This document shows positions 12,749 to 27,057 of a stretch of 64,000 bases of DNA, piece after piece (position 1 is the stretch's first letter; each line of letters starts with the position of its first letter). A model generated the notes under the pieces. It did not search any database, was not told the origin of the DNA, and saw only the letters and a list, made by a program, of their open reading frames with translations. The position numbers and the translations under genes are program-made. Where the stretch lies: the NCBI GenBank assembly GCA_043228905.1, contig JBHGNT010000008.1, forward strand, positions 6,634,001 through 6,698,000, in the 5' to 3' direction. This DNA comes from Azolla caroliniana (lineage: Eukaryota > Plantae > Polypodiophyta).

Positions 12749-14966
12749 CATGCTATGGTAAAAAGTTATTATCCTTGAGAATAGACTCCATAAATCTATT
12801 AAATCTGTAATGGCAAATTGAAATGGCCAACAAAAATTGATTTAACCATGTGTAAAATATATAATCCGATGGCCTATTCTCAACAAGGCCAATACTAAAA
12901 AGCTCATGTGATGATAATTCAATATCCCATTACTCTTGGAGTGAAATATCACATAAGGCTTACGTTGTTATACAACATGAAAGATTATGTGCATCGTCTA
13001 TAATGGCAACAAATGACAATTCAATATGGCATCACACTTTGTAGGTGAGCATCACATTAGTAGCCATGTTGTTATCCTACTTCAATCATTGTGTATATCT
13101 ATCGTATTTATTGGCATTTCCAATACTCAGCAAATGATTGAAGCCAATATAATATGATGCCTGTGAATTTCAATAGGGCATTGAGTTGTGAGGTGAAAAT
13201 ATCACATTAGGCTCTACATTTAGTTTTTTGTCAAATGGGTTCTGATTTAAGGCCATTTTCACTTAAAATTTAATGTTATGTTGGAGTGAAGGTTGCAATG
13301 GCATTACTCGTTGTATGAAGAGATTGTGAGCTGAGTACAATGTTGATACTGGAAAGAGTAGCGAATTATATATATATATATATATATATTGGAACATTGC
13401 TAACTCTGATTTTAGAGCTATACACCCGTAGACAGTAAGAAATCATGATGACCTTGGAATAGTTTTCAGGTTAGGAATACTTTTTGAAAAACATATATCT
13501 ATATATAAGAAGGTAGGCATTATATATTTGATGAATATCTTTATATTGTGATGCATGGTGTAAACATTTTACATTTGACTAACGATTTAGCAGTTGCAAC
13601 TTGCACACCACATTGCATTTGATTGTCGGGGCAAGGGTTAGGTTAGCTTATCATTCATTCAATTGATTGTACCATATAATCAAATGTGAATTTATGGTTG
13701 TCAATTGAATGCATCACGTTTTCCATCTGTTGGTGTATTTGTTGTTGGACTTCCATGTTATCGGAATTTGGGCGGGTGAATGTCATGTTTAGGTTAAAAA
13801 GACCTTCAATGATCTTCATGTACACCTTCATTGTTATAAAGACCGAAGGTTGGATTGATTGTCATTTCAAAGGTCAATCCTGCCATCATTGGTTACTTAT
13901 TATTAGTGGGGCTAAATTATGCTTATACTTGAGTAAGTCACATTGTCAAATGGCCATCAGAGATTACTTTTAACAACCTCATCAAATTTATGCTCTCACT
14001 CAACAATTTTAGTGAATAGCAACAACAACAATATTCAAAACCAAATAAAGCCGAAACACTTGTCACATCAGCTCACATGAGAAACGAACCCAACAAGAAG
14101 AATGCGAAGTAGATTGAAGAAATGTTCGACAAAAACCTTTAGTTTTATAGTCACATGCACATTTTATTGGACACAAATAATGACATACATAACAACTTTG
14201 AATACTATTCATTTTGGTGCATATATATACTTTTATATCATTATTTCAAATCAAACTAATGATGAACAAAATATGAGAGATGAAAAGAATAATGAGTTTA
14301 GTGTGCTTAACCATACCAACTACTTTCCATCAAAAGACATGAGACAAACATAAAATATTGTTGATGTTCCTCACCACCAATAGCAATCAACAATGGTTTG
14401 ATTTGACAAACCAAACCAAATCACAAAACTACGACTTATGGGCTTAACATTTTTAATGATTCATTTTAGTTGTATTCAAGTTGAAACCCACATTGGATTT
14501 GGGAAAGCCACAAGATAACAAAACATGACAATATGTAATAAGTTAGCCATGTATGCCAAAGTGTTTTGGGTTTGTTCATTTTGTACACTAAGTATGACAA
14601 GTGTTAATGGTTTGTGATATTGGTATGACAAGTCGAAATAATAGGTTCCAACTTGCATGTTGAAGCTTGGATCTATCGGTTGTGTGCAAGAGCGGGATTA
14701 CGTTTTCATACTCACATTTGCACTTGGGCCATTGGGTGCTTTGGATGAAGATGCGCAATAGTCCAACCGGGGTGGATGCATAGAAGGTGACCAACCTTGT
14801 AGACTTTTGCGATCCATTGAATAATTTGGCAATCCTTTCCTTGAAGACTTTCGCATATCATGGTATACATTGGATATGTAGCATGCGTGGAGGCCATTGC
14901 ATCCTAAGTGAGGGAACACATCACAAATTCCACATCCCAACACAACCCAATAGGACCGACTATGGG

Positions 14967-16190
14967 TATTACGTTGTTGCATAAACGCTCGTGCATGTGC
15001 TACCTGAGCAGAAACACCGGGGTCTTGGACTAGGGAATCAAAAAGTTTAGGAGGACTCGAAAGGATGGGGTGGAAAAGATCTAAGAGTCGAAAAGACTCG
15101 GGTGTCAAAGTGTCTCCAAGTCCACAAGATGTGTACATCGATGACTCTAGCTCTTCGAAGGCTACCTTTAGTTGAAGAAACCTTTGCCGAAGAAAGCCTT
15201 TGTCGAGGAAACCTCTTGTTGAAGGAACCTTTTGTCGAAGAACCCCTTGGCAAAGGAACCTCGTGTCGAAGAAACCCCTTGTCGAAGAAACAAACTAGTC
15301 AAAGAATGAATTAGTTGAGGAAATGAAGAAGTTGAAGAAACAAGGCAAAGGTTAGACAAACGAAAAGAAGCGAATGCTCATGGAACACAAAATCATGGGG
15401 GTTCGTCGATGCGAACTAGATCATCTTAGATGCTTACATGAGAGATTAATCACTTGATTAAGGCGATGACTACGGGTTTATGACAAAATGGCCTTGTACT
15501 AAAAAGTAGATGTTGGATTACATTTAGAGGGCCTTTTATAAAATAATGTTTACAAGTTACAACAGGGGAGGGGATACAACGGTGGCAACCTCAAGTTAAC
15601 CATCATCTCAAGTAAGAGATAGAAAGTGAGAGGAATGAAGCTTCCAATGTATGCGAGTCGAGTGGGCCACCAAGTCCGCAACTACCTCTGATGGCTACAA
15701 TGCTTTGAATCAGGGTAGAGTTCTCGTGCCACTACGTCCTCCCTACGAACAGCCTGTGTGCTAGATTGCAATCTCCTTGTTGCCTCCAGTTGAGTGTCGA
15801 AAACCAAGACAAAGAAGAGTTGAAGAAGAGAAGAAAATGAAGAAGAACCCATGAAAAACTCCAAGAAGACGAAGATGAATACCTCCAAGCTCCCAAAATG
15901 TCGAACAAGACCACCTAACAACGAAGAATGAAAGAAGAAGGAACCAAAATAAGGTCTCCCGCTCTCTTTTTATAGGGAGGGAGACGCCTCATTTACATTA
16001 AATGTAGATGTCCTTTTCCCCATATAAAAGTAAAAAAGAATAATATACTTTAATGTGGCTACTCTAGGAAATGAATCAAACTCTACACCTCCTACACACA
16101 TTGAATAGCCCTGACCACTAGGCCATTCACTTACATTCATTTTTTAAGAATTATATATATATGAACAATTTGTAGCTCCCATTTTCCCAT
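14967..16190 (-). mobile_element. Truncated or solo Gypsy LTR with internal short repeats
   Basis: The minus-strand end carries CCCTAGTCCAAGACCCC...CAACAACGTAA, the same terminal motif as the LTRs ending at 17117 and 62300. Minus-strand TATA near 15975 and GTCGAAGAAACC-type repeats at 15155-15295. The right boundary is approximate. Confidence 0.6.
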
Positions 16191-16192
16191 GT

Positions 16193-16539
16193 TGTCGTGA
16201 AGGATTTTGGCCACAGAGGGAAATGGAGCGAGACGCGCGGGAATGGGTGTCTACACGGATGTACAAAGTTTAGCCTTTATATGTGAAACATGTAATAACA
16301 TAGGACTAGTAATTACTAGGTAGTAGGGTTTAATGGGCATTTTAAAGACTCGCACGGATAGAGAGGAATGTGGGAGTTTGACGTGAGGGAATCGAGGAAA
16401 ATCTCTGTCGGAAGCGGTTGACTTAACTACATGATTTAACAACTCTCTATCTCCTTGAGCTATAAAAGGAGGGAGAGAAGACTGAGAAAAGGGATTATTT
16501 TTAGGAATTAGGAGGAAGTGCTCTCGGATTGAGTGCCAA

Positions 16540-16576
<37 letters not shown>

Positions 16577-17883
16577 AGGTCTTGTGCCATCGTTTCAAAC
16601 AAGGAGAGGAAGTCTCTGCTCGCGCTGGCAACCCGTGTGCTCCCGACCAGAGATTCTTTGCCCTGTCTCCTTGTGTATGTGTGAGCGTCTCTCCTTAAGC
16701 GTTGTTGCCGGCCGCGCCCGGTTGTACTCTTTGGATTCTCTGTTAATCATTAGTTTGTTGAGTCCCCTTTGTTGGGGTTTCTACGTGGCTCCTACTTGTC
16801 GTGTGTTGGCCATGCTTTGAGCTTGTGTCTTATTCCCGTCCTGAATCTGTTGCGTGCACATACGAGTCCGTGAGCCTGTGCGCTTGCCGCTGCTCCCAGG
16901 CATCCTAATCAGGGAAAGATACAACTCCCTTAGGCTGGTGAGCTGTGCTGCTCTGATCCGAGTACCATTCCGTATTCGATACACGACCATGGATTGAACC
17001 GGCATAGGTATTTGAATAGTGACACGATCCTCCCTTCCCCCCTATTCTAACTCCTTGGTCCGAGACCCCCCTGTGGTCCCGTCCTATTTCTACACATCCA
17101 CGCGGAAAACCGCAACATCTTTGGTGAACTTGAGGTGTAAAGGGCGGTAGAGGAGTCGGAAGCGAACTCGCGGAAGCCATGGCAACGACCGTTGACCGCT
17201 TGGTGAACGCTCGAGAGGGCACAAGCGCCCTTGACAGAGCCGTTGAATCGATAGTCGCCGCGATAGGCCGTTTCAATGGCAAAGATGTGACTAGCTACTT
17301 GGAGGTTTACTGGGCCGAGATCATGATGAGGGACATATCGGAGGACAGACGGTTGGCCGGATTCCCTCGAGTTGTTACGCCGAGCATCCACGCCGAGGTG
17401 CTCGAGGTGCGAGCAGACTGCCGTAACTGGGCAGAATTCGAGGGGTGGCTCCTCGAAAGGTACAGTTTCGCTGACTCGCTCCGATTGTTGAAGAAGGACT
17501 TTATGGATTGGGTCGAGAGCCCTGACAAGGGACGGAATATGTCGGCTCTACTGTAGGAGTTCGAAAAGTGGTTTGCGCAACTCTCGACGCTAGACTGGAC
17601 CGTGCTTGATACGAGCAAGGTCCCACTGTTTGTGAAGTCGGTCGACGTGCTTGACCGCGAGAAGGTTGGTCTCCTCTTGGAGACAGATGAAGGGCTCATG
17701 ATCGACTGGGCCGTGGTCAAAAGAGTTTGCGGCCGTTTCGACAAACGACGCGATTGGAACGACATGGGGTCGTTGACGACCGACGCGGGTGCAGGGAGGA
17801 ACCGGTTCTGACAAGAGCGGATGAAACGAGACGGTGGCTCGAGTCGGGCATGGCGCCGACCAATGTGGTCGCAGGACACGAGC
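16193..17883 (+). mobile_element. 3'-truncated Gypsy element: 5' LTR (16193-17117), PBS and disrupted gag N-terminus
   Basis: LTR TGTCGTGAAG...CGCAACA with TATAAAAGG at 16460, and a degenerate tRNA-Trp-type primer-binding site (PBS) TGGTGAACTTGAGGTG at 17122. The gag at 17179-17811 (IGRFNGKDVTSYLEVY...LFVKSVD...DWAVV) has in-frame stops and is homologous to the gag from 62338. Confidence 0.85.
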
Positions 17884-17920
17884 GTATGTATGTATGATTT
17901 GGTTAGTGTTGTGATGACCA

Positions 17921-17965
<45 letters not shown>

Positions 17966-17997
17966 TGTATGTCCTTCTGATCAGACATTTCCCAACA

Positions 17998-20900
17998 ATG
18001 GATTCCATGCTCACAGCTTCTTCTGGCTTAACCACATTACAGCCCATCCCTTCAATTCTGCACACAAACCTCTCCTCATGGCCAAGCACTACAGCCCCCC
18101 TGGATCTATCACACCCTGTTTCTGCAGGTCTACGGTCTCCTTCCAATCGGAAGATGACGGTGATGAAGAAGAATAAGAAGAAGGATAAGGACGGACTAAT
18201 TTGGATCTCTAATGGAACTCGCTGGACCGCTAGTCAATGGCTTGATAGCAGGTATGTTCATCTATTCTTTTCGCCTTCTTTTAAACATTAGTTTTGTCTC
18301 ATCATGATACTGATACAAACTTCAGCAAAAATGATTCAAAACCTTCTTTTTGTCTCATCAGAATCCTGATTCAAGTATCAGCAAAATGGTTTATATAGTA
18401 TAAGTTTTAGATTTTTGTTTCCTTTTTATGAAAACAAGAAATGTAGAAAATTTGAAATACATACACAACCCACAGTGGCATGTATCTAACTAGATGATAC
18501 AATAGAGAGAAGACTCAGCACAGTAGCAGCCATAGAGTATGACAGTAGCAATGGTGTGGCATTTGATGGTGTCATCCTGACTTGGGCTTCTTTGATGAAG
18601 TGATCAAGTTGAATCTCATCACATTTTTCTTGTATTTTGGCACCTAAGTCACCATCTTTTGATCCTCCATGGCTGACGGCACTACGTGAGTTGCATTGGA
18701 CAACAATTAGAGCCATGCAATCGTCAGATTGACGTCTTACTCATGTTGCTGGATGATTACCGGCACATCTCACCAATCCTTGAACACCCACTATAGAAGC
18801 TTAGGAATAAAAGCACGATGTTTTGATGTACATATCTTGAGGAAATGTCCTTGCTGCAGCTATCACATCGAGATGTGGTCTGGAATAGGATGAAAAATGA
18901 TCCTCGTATTCTCAGTATAAGCAAAAAATATTTGCTGCTCAATAATATTTTCTGAGACTTTACCCACCTTTAATGCAAAACATCACTTCAAGGAGGCTTA
19001 AATCCCATGTTAAGTATTATATTCGTCTACAAATCAAGATACGAACAATAACCTTGAGTCCATCAACCCCTCCCTGGATGCCACATGCTCTGTACCTTTT
19101 CAATAGCTGTTAAGAAGACTAACTTATTATTTGTAACCACCACAATTCGACATCCTTCCTTTCCACCCGCTTCTACGTGGACCAAGGAACACAACCAACT
19201 AAAGCCTATACACTGTATTTCAAATTCCCCTCCACAACTTTTATTTGCATGTGACTTGTGCCATCATTATTGCTTGTCATTATAGCGCATGTTTTGTCTC
19301 CGAAGCACTAGCAACTGTTGAGAATGATTAAAGTTGTAGCCCAATGGCTATCCAGCCCTTATAGCTAGTTAGCCCAACGGCCATATCTTGGCCTTTATAA
19401 GGAGGTGCCTTCTCCTCATTTTTAATAAGCGATCTCTGTACTTTCACTCTCCTGTCGTAACATATATGTATACCCTTGAGAAGAAATGAAAGGAGAATGT
19501 TCATTTTGCAGTTTGGTATCAGAGTGAGTTGCTGCTCGTTGGTCCCTTGCAGGTGTGCAAACCCTAGATTCACCCTCTGCTGGTGCGACAGCAGTTAGAA
19601 CAGCACTGTCATAACATCCAAGAGAGGTAGGGAGGATTCTTCTGTTAGGATGACAATGCTATGTGGTTGAGAGGTGACATGGAAAAAGAAGTTAGAAGAT
19701 AAGAGAAGAGATAGTCTAGATTGAGAAGATGGATGAGGCATTGTCAAAATTGAACGAGGATGAGGTGAAAACATTGGTGAAATACATGAAGCAAACTGAG
19801 ATTGTAGCATCTGGAGGTGTGATGGGAACACAACCACCACCTAGACTTGAATTCCTTCTAGTTGAGTTCAAACTCGATGGATTGGCCATGTACCTGAGTT
19901 GGTCGCTTCGGGTTACGGGTGCGTTGGCAAGGAGAGGTGTTGATGGCTATCTAACAAGAGAAGAGAAAGAGCTTCTTGTTAAAATGAATAGTGAGTGGGA
20001 AGCATGGAGAGCTACCCACACGTCTTTGTATACTTGGCTTCTCAACTCCATGGTTCCATCAATTGCAACCATTGTTGATAGAATTCAAAATGTGAAGTAT
20101 ATTTGGGAGAAATTACAGAAAACCTACGTTGGGAGGGAAAATAACATGAGAGTGTTTCAAATTGAGCAGTAGATAGATGCCGTTTGGCAGGGAGATGGGA
20201 CGATTCAGGAGTATATCATAGAATTGGAGCATTTATGGGCTGACTATGATCATTTCTACCAAATATTATAGATCTTAGTACTAACGTAAGCTTAAGATAA
20301 GGATAATGAAAAGATAGATAGAAAGGAGAAAGAGAAAGAAGGGTGCCGATCCACCCGACCACCCCCGAGCGAAGGGATCGAGACGGACTCGAGCCTCGAT
20401 CGGCGTCCCATACCACCGCCGTGGCGTCGAGTCGTACCTGGTGCTGGCGCGCTCGCTACAAGAGTTGACCCACCACACGAGCAGAGTCTCGATGTAGTCA
20501 AAAGATGATCAAATGAGGGTAGCTAGGCCTCTTATTTATAGCGAAACCCAAGGCCCCCAGGCAAGTTCACACTTGACCTAATGGGTTGTCTCAATCCCGA
20601 GGATTAAAAGTAATCCTCCCCTTCTTTACACTCTCATTTAACCCTCACACTTATCCACGTGTATAGATTACTACGGTAAATTCTTACCACGGGATATTAT
20701 ATGGTCATGCTCGTAACAGTGAGGGTGGTTACTTGCACCCAAGGAAACTTCAGACATGCTATTTGCTTGATTATTCACACAACTATTCACAATTGAAACA
20801 TGTTCACCTCTCCCTCCAAAAGAAAAGGCAAAAGGGAAAAAACTTTTCAACATGGATGGTGGCAGGAATTTCGCTATTTGTGCAAGTTTCATGGTTATGC

Positions 20901-23871
20901 TAAAAGAACTGCGTACTTCAGTATTAGGGTAAATTGCTTGTTTACATGAAGAATCTCTAGACATGTCCATTGACAATCTATTTGCACTCAAGCAATCTCT
21001 AGACATGTTATGTGCTTGATTATTCATGCAACTAGTCACAGTTGAAACATGGACACCTCTCCTTCCAAAAAAGGCAAGAGGGCAAAAACTTTCTGACATG
21101 GATGGCGGCAAGAATTTTGCTATTTCAGCAAGTTTCATGGTTATGCTAAAAGAAATGCATAGTTCAACATTAGGGTGAATAGGTATTGGGAGGCAAACTT
21201 GGTTTGGGATCAATGCACCAATGGCACATGTGAAACGCTTGATTTGGGGCATCAATCCTATAATGTTTGCGCTCAATGCAGTTGAATGCATTGTGAACTT
21301 ACGGCTTCGGGGTTGTTACATTGCTTTGACAGTTCTTGTTTCTAATATAATATTTAAATAGTAGGAAAGGAAGAGTGTATAAATAGCTTTTTTTTCTACT
21401 ATGAATATTTATGAAGCAATGCCTAGGGAAATACACGGGCTTTGGCCTCACTTGGAACTGACCACTCGCAATCTAGATTTACTAAATGTATTCATGTGCT
21501 GCACATGAAGCATATTGTATGGCTGTTTTTCTTATAATAAATTTTTTAAAAGTTACCATGACTATTAAATGTTTACAAGTATATTCTTATGTTCTGCAGT
21601 GCTCAAGTTGAAGTTGCAGTACCTCTCTCCTTGGCTTGGGATCTCTGGTCTGATAAAGAGGGAATTAATCGTTGGATGCCATGGATTCACTCTATTAAGG
21701 TTTGTGATATATGCCTTTCAGATTGTTTGAAATTCTAAGTCTTTGTGGGTATGCATGGCAATGAAACATAATTGAATGGGATATATAGGTTTCGAAGGAT
21801 AACCCTCAAATATCTGAATGGGTATTGAAGTATAGTACATTTGGACAAGATTTTGAGTTCAAGTGGACTGCAAAGAATTTACAGGTAATGCCATTTCAGT
21901 AGAGGGAAAAGGCTTGTTATTTTACTTGTCATGAGCATCAGTGTTAGCAACTTGGGCTACATCTTGTTTTACCTCTCCGCATATTGTTTCTGCTATTAAT
22001 AGTATGATTATAATATTTCACACTAGTTGTGTTCTTGGACAGGTTAGCTGCCCTGGGCCCTATTAAATTTAAATAGGGGTGTGCCTCATTTTCCCTCTTA
22101 TGCATTCAACAACTCATTTTTGAGCATCGAGCTTTCTAGGCCGCTCATGCACTCTTACTCTCACCCTTTATATGTAGGATATTCAGGAGGTTCTCATTTT
22201 TTGTGCATATAGGTTTGTTTATACATTTTGTGTGTTTTCATTACTCTTTCCTTCTGCTACGGTCTCTCTTTCATGGCAGTAGGTTTTAGGATCTATGCAC
22301 ATGATGTACTACAAGCCATACACAAGCGGAACAACAATCCTAAGGAGAAGACATGTGATGCACCTCCCAACTACTGAATCTCATCAATTCGTCCCTGAAC
22401 CTACAATCTGGCCCTTGACCCTCTGGTCACTGCATAAATGTGATTGTTTTCAAGAAACATATTTCTCCATGCTAGATGGAAGCTCGTAAAATATTAGATT
22501 TTTCTATGCACAAACCATGTCATTTTCTAGAGCAGGTTGAGTATATATCCATACTTAAGGATATTTATTACCGGACACCAGTTGTTACTGGCTATTAATT
22601 TAGAGACTTTTTAAGGTAGGATTGAGTACATCTGATTCATTTTTCATTTTGTTTATAGCCCATTTATCACCAGAAGATTCATTGGCGATCTATGGATGGC
22701 CTACAGAACAGGTTCAAGCATATCCTATACTAGTTTTTAAACCAAAATTTCTAATGTCATGTTATTATTTCTCAGCAATAACAATAACAGAGGTAATGCC
22801 AGTGCAGTAGCGCTGATCATAATTTAGACTTGCTTTTTGCTGATGGTGGAAAATGGAACCACCATTTCGTTTTACCAAACAAGTACACTTGTTCTATTGT
22901 TAATTTTACATGAGATAAAGAAAAAAGACTGCATATGCTGTACTCCAAATTTCTATCTGTTAATGTAAGTTAATTTTCAGTTTAAATCAATCAGATATAA
23001 AAGTAGCTCTATTTTTTCTACGAGTCATTGCCTCAAGCACTGCTGACCTTGGATTTTCTGACGTACTTGTCCTGATCTAATACAAGATTGAAAAAAGGAT
23101 CTCAGAGTGTTCTTCAGCTCTATCTCTGCAGAATATTAGAAAGGACAAAAATATTTTGTTATACATCTAGCCAAACCCCAATAGGCCTCTCTTTGGGGGA
23201 TATAGGTTATGATGAGAGTTTACTCTCTAAACGTGTCTTGTAAATCATGATTAATTTGATTTAATAGCATTAATTTGTATCCAATCGTTTGTATTGCTTC
23301 TCTGCTGGGTTCTGTTCTCTAAATGTTCTGAAATGTGGAAAATGAAAATATCTATGTATATAAAAAATATTAAAATGATATATAGCATAGTTTGTTTAAG
23401 AGTATTATGCAAATATTTCAAAAAAATTAAAATCTTTGTTTGGGTTTTATTATATCAGGGGCACTGTTCGTTTTTATCCCCGAGGTACATCATCTGTAGT
23501 AATTCAGGTAAATGTTGTTACAAAGACTTCTTGAGAGATTTTTGTGCCCTAAATTAGAGAAAGAAGATTTTGATATGATCAAATAAATGAGTTGCAGCTA
23601 ACCATTTCATATGAGGTACCAGATGTGTTGGCTCCTTTACTCGCGGTATACTCATTTTTCAATCTTACTTCACCCCATGGAATTGATTTGTCTCCCTGAT
23701 TTAGAGCTTCGTAATTTCAGCAAATGTTTAGATTTTGATGAAAAAAGATTCTTGTGTCTATTATAATCCTTGCAGTCTGTATCACCGTTGGTTGAGAGCA
23801 TTCTCCAGAAAGATCTCGACAGATTTGCGATATTTGCTAAGGACTATAGCAAGAACGCTTCACCAAATTAG
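17998..23871 (+). CDS. Plastid-targeted START/SRPBCC protein, tandem copy B, 231 aa
   Basis: Exons 17998-18251, 21600-21699, 21789-21884, 22659-22711, 23459-23507, 23598-23645, 23776-23871; all GT-AG, 696 nt in frame. Introns and 3' flank are co-linear with copy A. Confidence 0.9.
19316..20263 (+). mobile_element. Truncated Ty1/Copia element in intron 1 of copy B: LTR, PBS and gag fragment
   Basis: LTR 19316-19510 (TGTTG...TGCA), tRNA-iMet PBS TGGTATCAGAG at 19514, and Copia gag motifs (YLSWS, WLLNSM, IWEKLQKTY) at 19729-20260 with a stop codon. Absent from copy A. Confidence 0.9.
20264..20718 (-). mobile_element. Solo-LTR-like insertion truncating the intronic Copia
   Basis: Ends TATTATA...GTAACA with a minus-strand TATAAATA near 20538. 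No TSD. About 335 bp of intron present in copy A (9186-9521) is missing here. Confidence 0.6.
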
Positions 23872-26493
23872 CATGTTATGGTAAAAAAGTTATGATTCTT
23901 GATAATAGACTCTGTAAATCTATTAAATCTGTAATGGCAAATTGAAATGGCCAACAAAAATTGTTTTAACTATGTGTAAAATATATAATCCGATGTCTTA
24001 TTCTCAACAATGCCAATACTAAAAAGCTCATGTGATAAAAATTTAATATGCCATTACTCTTGGAGTGAAATATCATATTAGGCTTACATTGTTATACTAC
24101 ACGAAAGATTATGTACACCATCTATAATGGCAACCAATGCCAATTCAATATGGCATCACACTTTGTAGGTGAACATGACATTAGAATCCACATTGTTATC
24201 CTACTTCAGTCATTGTGTATATCTATCATATTTATTGGCATTTCCAATACGCAGCAAATGATTCAAGTGAATGTAATATGATGCCTATGAATTTCAATAG
24301 GGCATTGATTTGTAAGGTGAAAATATCACATTAGACTCTATATTTAGTTTTTTGTGAAATGGGTTCTGATTTAATGGCATGTTCACTTAAAATTTAATGT
24401 TATGTTGGAGTGAAGGTTGCAGCGTATGGCATTACTCGTTGTATGAAGAGATTGTGAACTGAGTACGATGTTGAGACTGGAGAGAGTAATGAAATATATA
24501 GATATGTATATATATATTGAAACATTGCTAACTCGTATCTTAGAGCTATACACCCGTAGACAACAAGAAATCATGATGACCGTGGAATACTCTTTGAGAA
24601 ACATGTTTCTACATATAAGAAGGTAGCATATATTTGATGAATGACTTCATATTTTGATGCATGATGTGAACATTTTACATTTGACTAACAATTAGTAGTT
24701 GCAACTTGTACATCACATTGCATTTGATTGTCGGGGTGGGGGGGTTAGGTTAGGTAATCATTCATTCAATTGATTATACCATATAATCAATTGTGAATCT
24801 ATAGTTGTCAATTGAATGCATCACGTTTTCCATGTTTTGTTGGTGTGTTCATTGTTGAACTCCATGTTACAGAATTTGGGCGGGTGAATATTATGTCGAG
24901 GATATAAAGACCGTCAATGACCTTGATGTACACCTTCATTGTTATAAAGGCTGAAGGTTGGTTTGATTGTCATTTCAAAGGTCAATCTTGCTATCATTGG
25001 TTACTTATTATTCGTGGGGCAAATTATGTTTATACTCGAGTAAGTCACACTATCAACCGGCAAAAAGAGATTACTTTTAACAACCTCATCAAATTTATAC
25101 TGTCAATAATGCTGGTGGTAATCAAAACCCATTGTGCATGGTGGTTCCTACATTTGACATATTGTTTCATTTAGGGTTTTGGTGTAGTTTTAATTGGAAC
25201 AAGAACATCATCTTTGATGATTGGATTATAGCAATCATTTCAACCTCAACTACATGGCAAATTTCTATGATTGAATTCATGATTCATGTTTTCAATTTCT
25301 TTGTATTAAATTGGTGTTGTATGGCATTGAATGTCAACTATGATAGTGCATGAGTCATGATACATTTAAGATTTGCAACCACATGGACCACTCGGAAATT
25401 GTGGGGGACTTAGTAACATTGTAAGTTTTGTAGGGTGATTCATTGTGCTTTGCCCAAATTATGTCATCGTATGACTAGGTACCAAGTTGTCAGCCTTAAT
25501 ATCCTTTGACAAGCCTCAATATTTCAACTACTTTGCTTTGATGTGAAAAATGGGAATTAAATACTACATGATCATGTGGTATATTCATTGGGGGTGTTTG
25601 ACATGTTATTAAAATGTTATTGAAATTTTGTGGCCTCTCATTGCCACACGATCAAAATGAATGGCTATCAATGCCCAAATTTCTCCTTGTTTACACCATT
25701 CTTTGTAGCATCACTTTGTAATTCATGAGTATAAAAGTACAGTCTAAGGCACTTATTCATGTATTCGAATCGATGGGTAAAAAAAATGTAGGAAATAATG
25801 AAGAGTGAGATACGAGAGAGGGCTTCAAAACATGTTTATATCTAAATTGTAGGATGACACAATCAGTGCTAGATGAGCTCAAGACACATGAAAAGTCATT
25901 GAGCGAGGGAATGATGATGCTTGCCATGTCATCTTGCAAGAAGGTATTGTCAGCATCATCTCCTTGTCAAAGTACGTGTATGTATCCAACATTTTATCTA
26001 ATAATAAAAGCTTCCAAAAGGCTTTAGTAAACAATATATTACATTCAGAAGAGAAAGAAAGAGCATATTGAAAAAGATTCTATAGGACCTTCTGTTTTTT
26101 GTATAGAAAATGGAGTCACACATGACTTGCCTCACTTAACAATTTTAGCTAATAGCCATGACAAAAAGATTCCAGAACTCATCAACGCCTCACTAATGAA
26201 GCCGAAACACTTACTATGTGAGTTCACATGAGATTCTTTCTTTCGTATGAAATGAACCCAACCAGAAGAATGTGAGGCAGATTGAAAAGACAAATTGACA
26301 AAAACCTTCTGTTTTTAGGGGGCTTACAACATAGGATGCATTTGTCCGTCGCGTGTCTCATACTAATGCCATTTACGAGAGCAAATGATCGCAACAGGAC
26401 GCCATAAGGGGTACCCGACAGGAAGAGAAGGAAAATGGTTGGGTCCCATATTTTGTTGCTTGACAGATTTCAAAGCCAAACTTAATACACAGA

Positions 26494-26629
<136 letters not shown>

Positions 26630-27057
26630 AAAATCTCAAGAGATGAAGCCATGTTGAAGACAGAAGGTTTTATGAGAGTCTTCAAAACCTTAATGTTCTT
26701 TTGTTTGTTTTGTTTTGTTGAGGACAAAAAGAAAGCCCACAAAAATGGAAGAATATGAGGAAAAGCAAGAAAGACAGGGGAGAGACAGAAGAGAGCAAAG
26801 CAAGAGAGCAGGAGAGAATCACACACTTCAGAACAGAGCAAAAAGAATTAAAGAAAAGCAGTGCTCTTACAGACACCAGAGCAATCAAGAAGCAGAAAGG
26901 AAGAAAAAACAGAGCATATTTTTAACAAAACAAGAAAACAGAGTGAGACACAGGTAAAGAAAACCAGAGCAAGAAAAAAGATAAAATCAGAGAGCATAAA
27001 GACATAAGAGATCGAAACAAAACAGAGAGAGAGAGATAAAAAAACACATTCATCTCA

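Noticed and set aside
14657-14966. Moderately GC-rich coding-like fragment beside an LTR
   Set aside because: No frame gave a recognisable motif, so it cannot be assigned.
20671-21291. 206-aa antisense ORF in intron 1 of copy B (101-aa counterpart at 9779-10084)
   Set aside because: It arises from an intronic tandem repeat, its frame is not conserved between copies, and it has no known motif.
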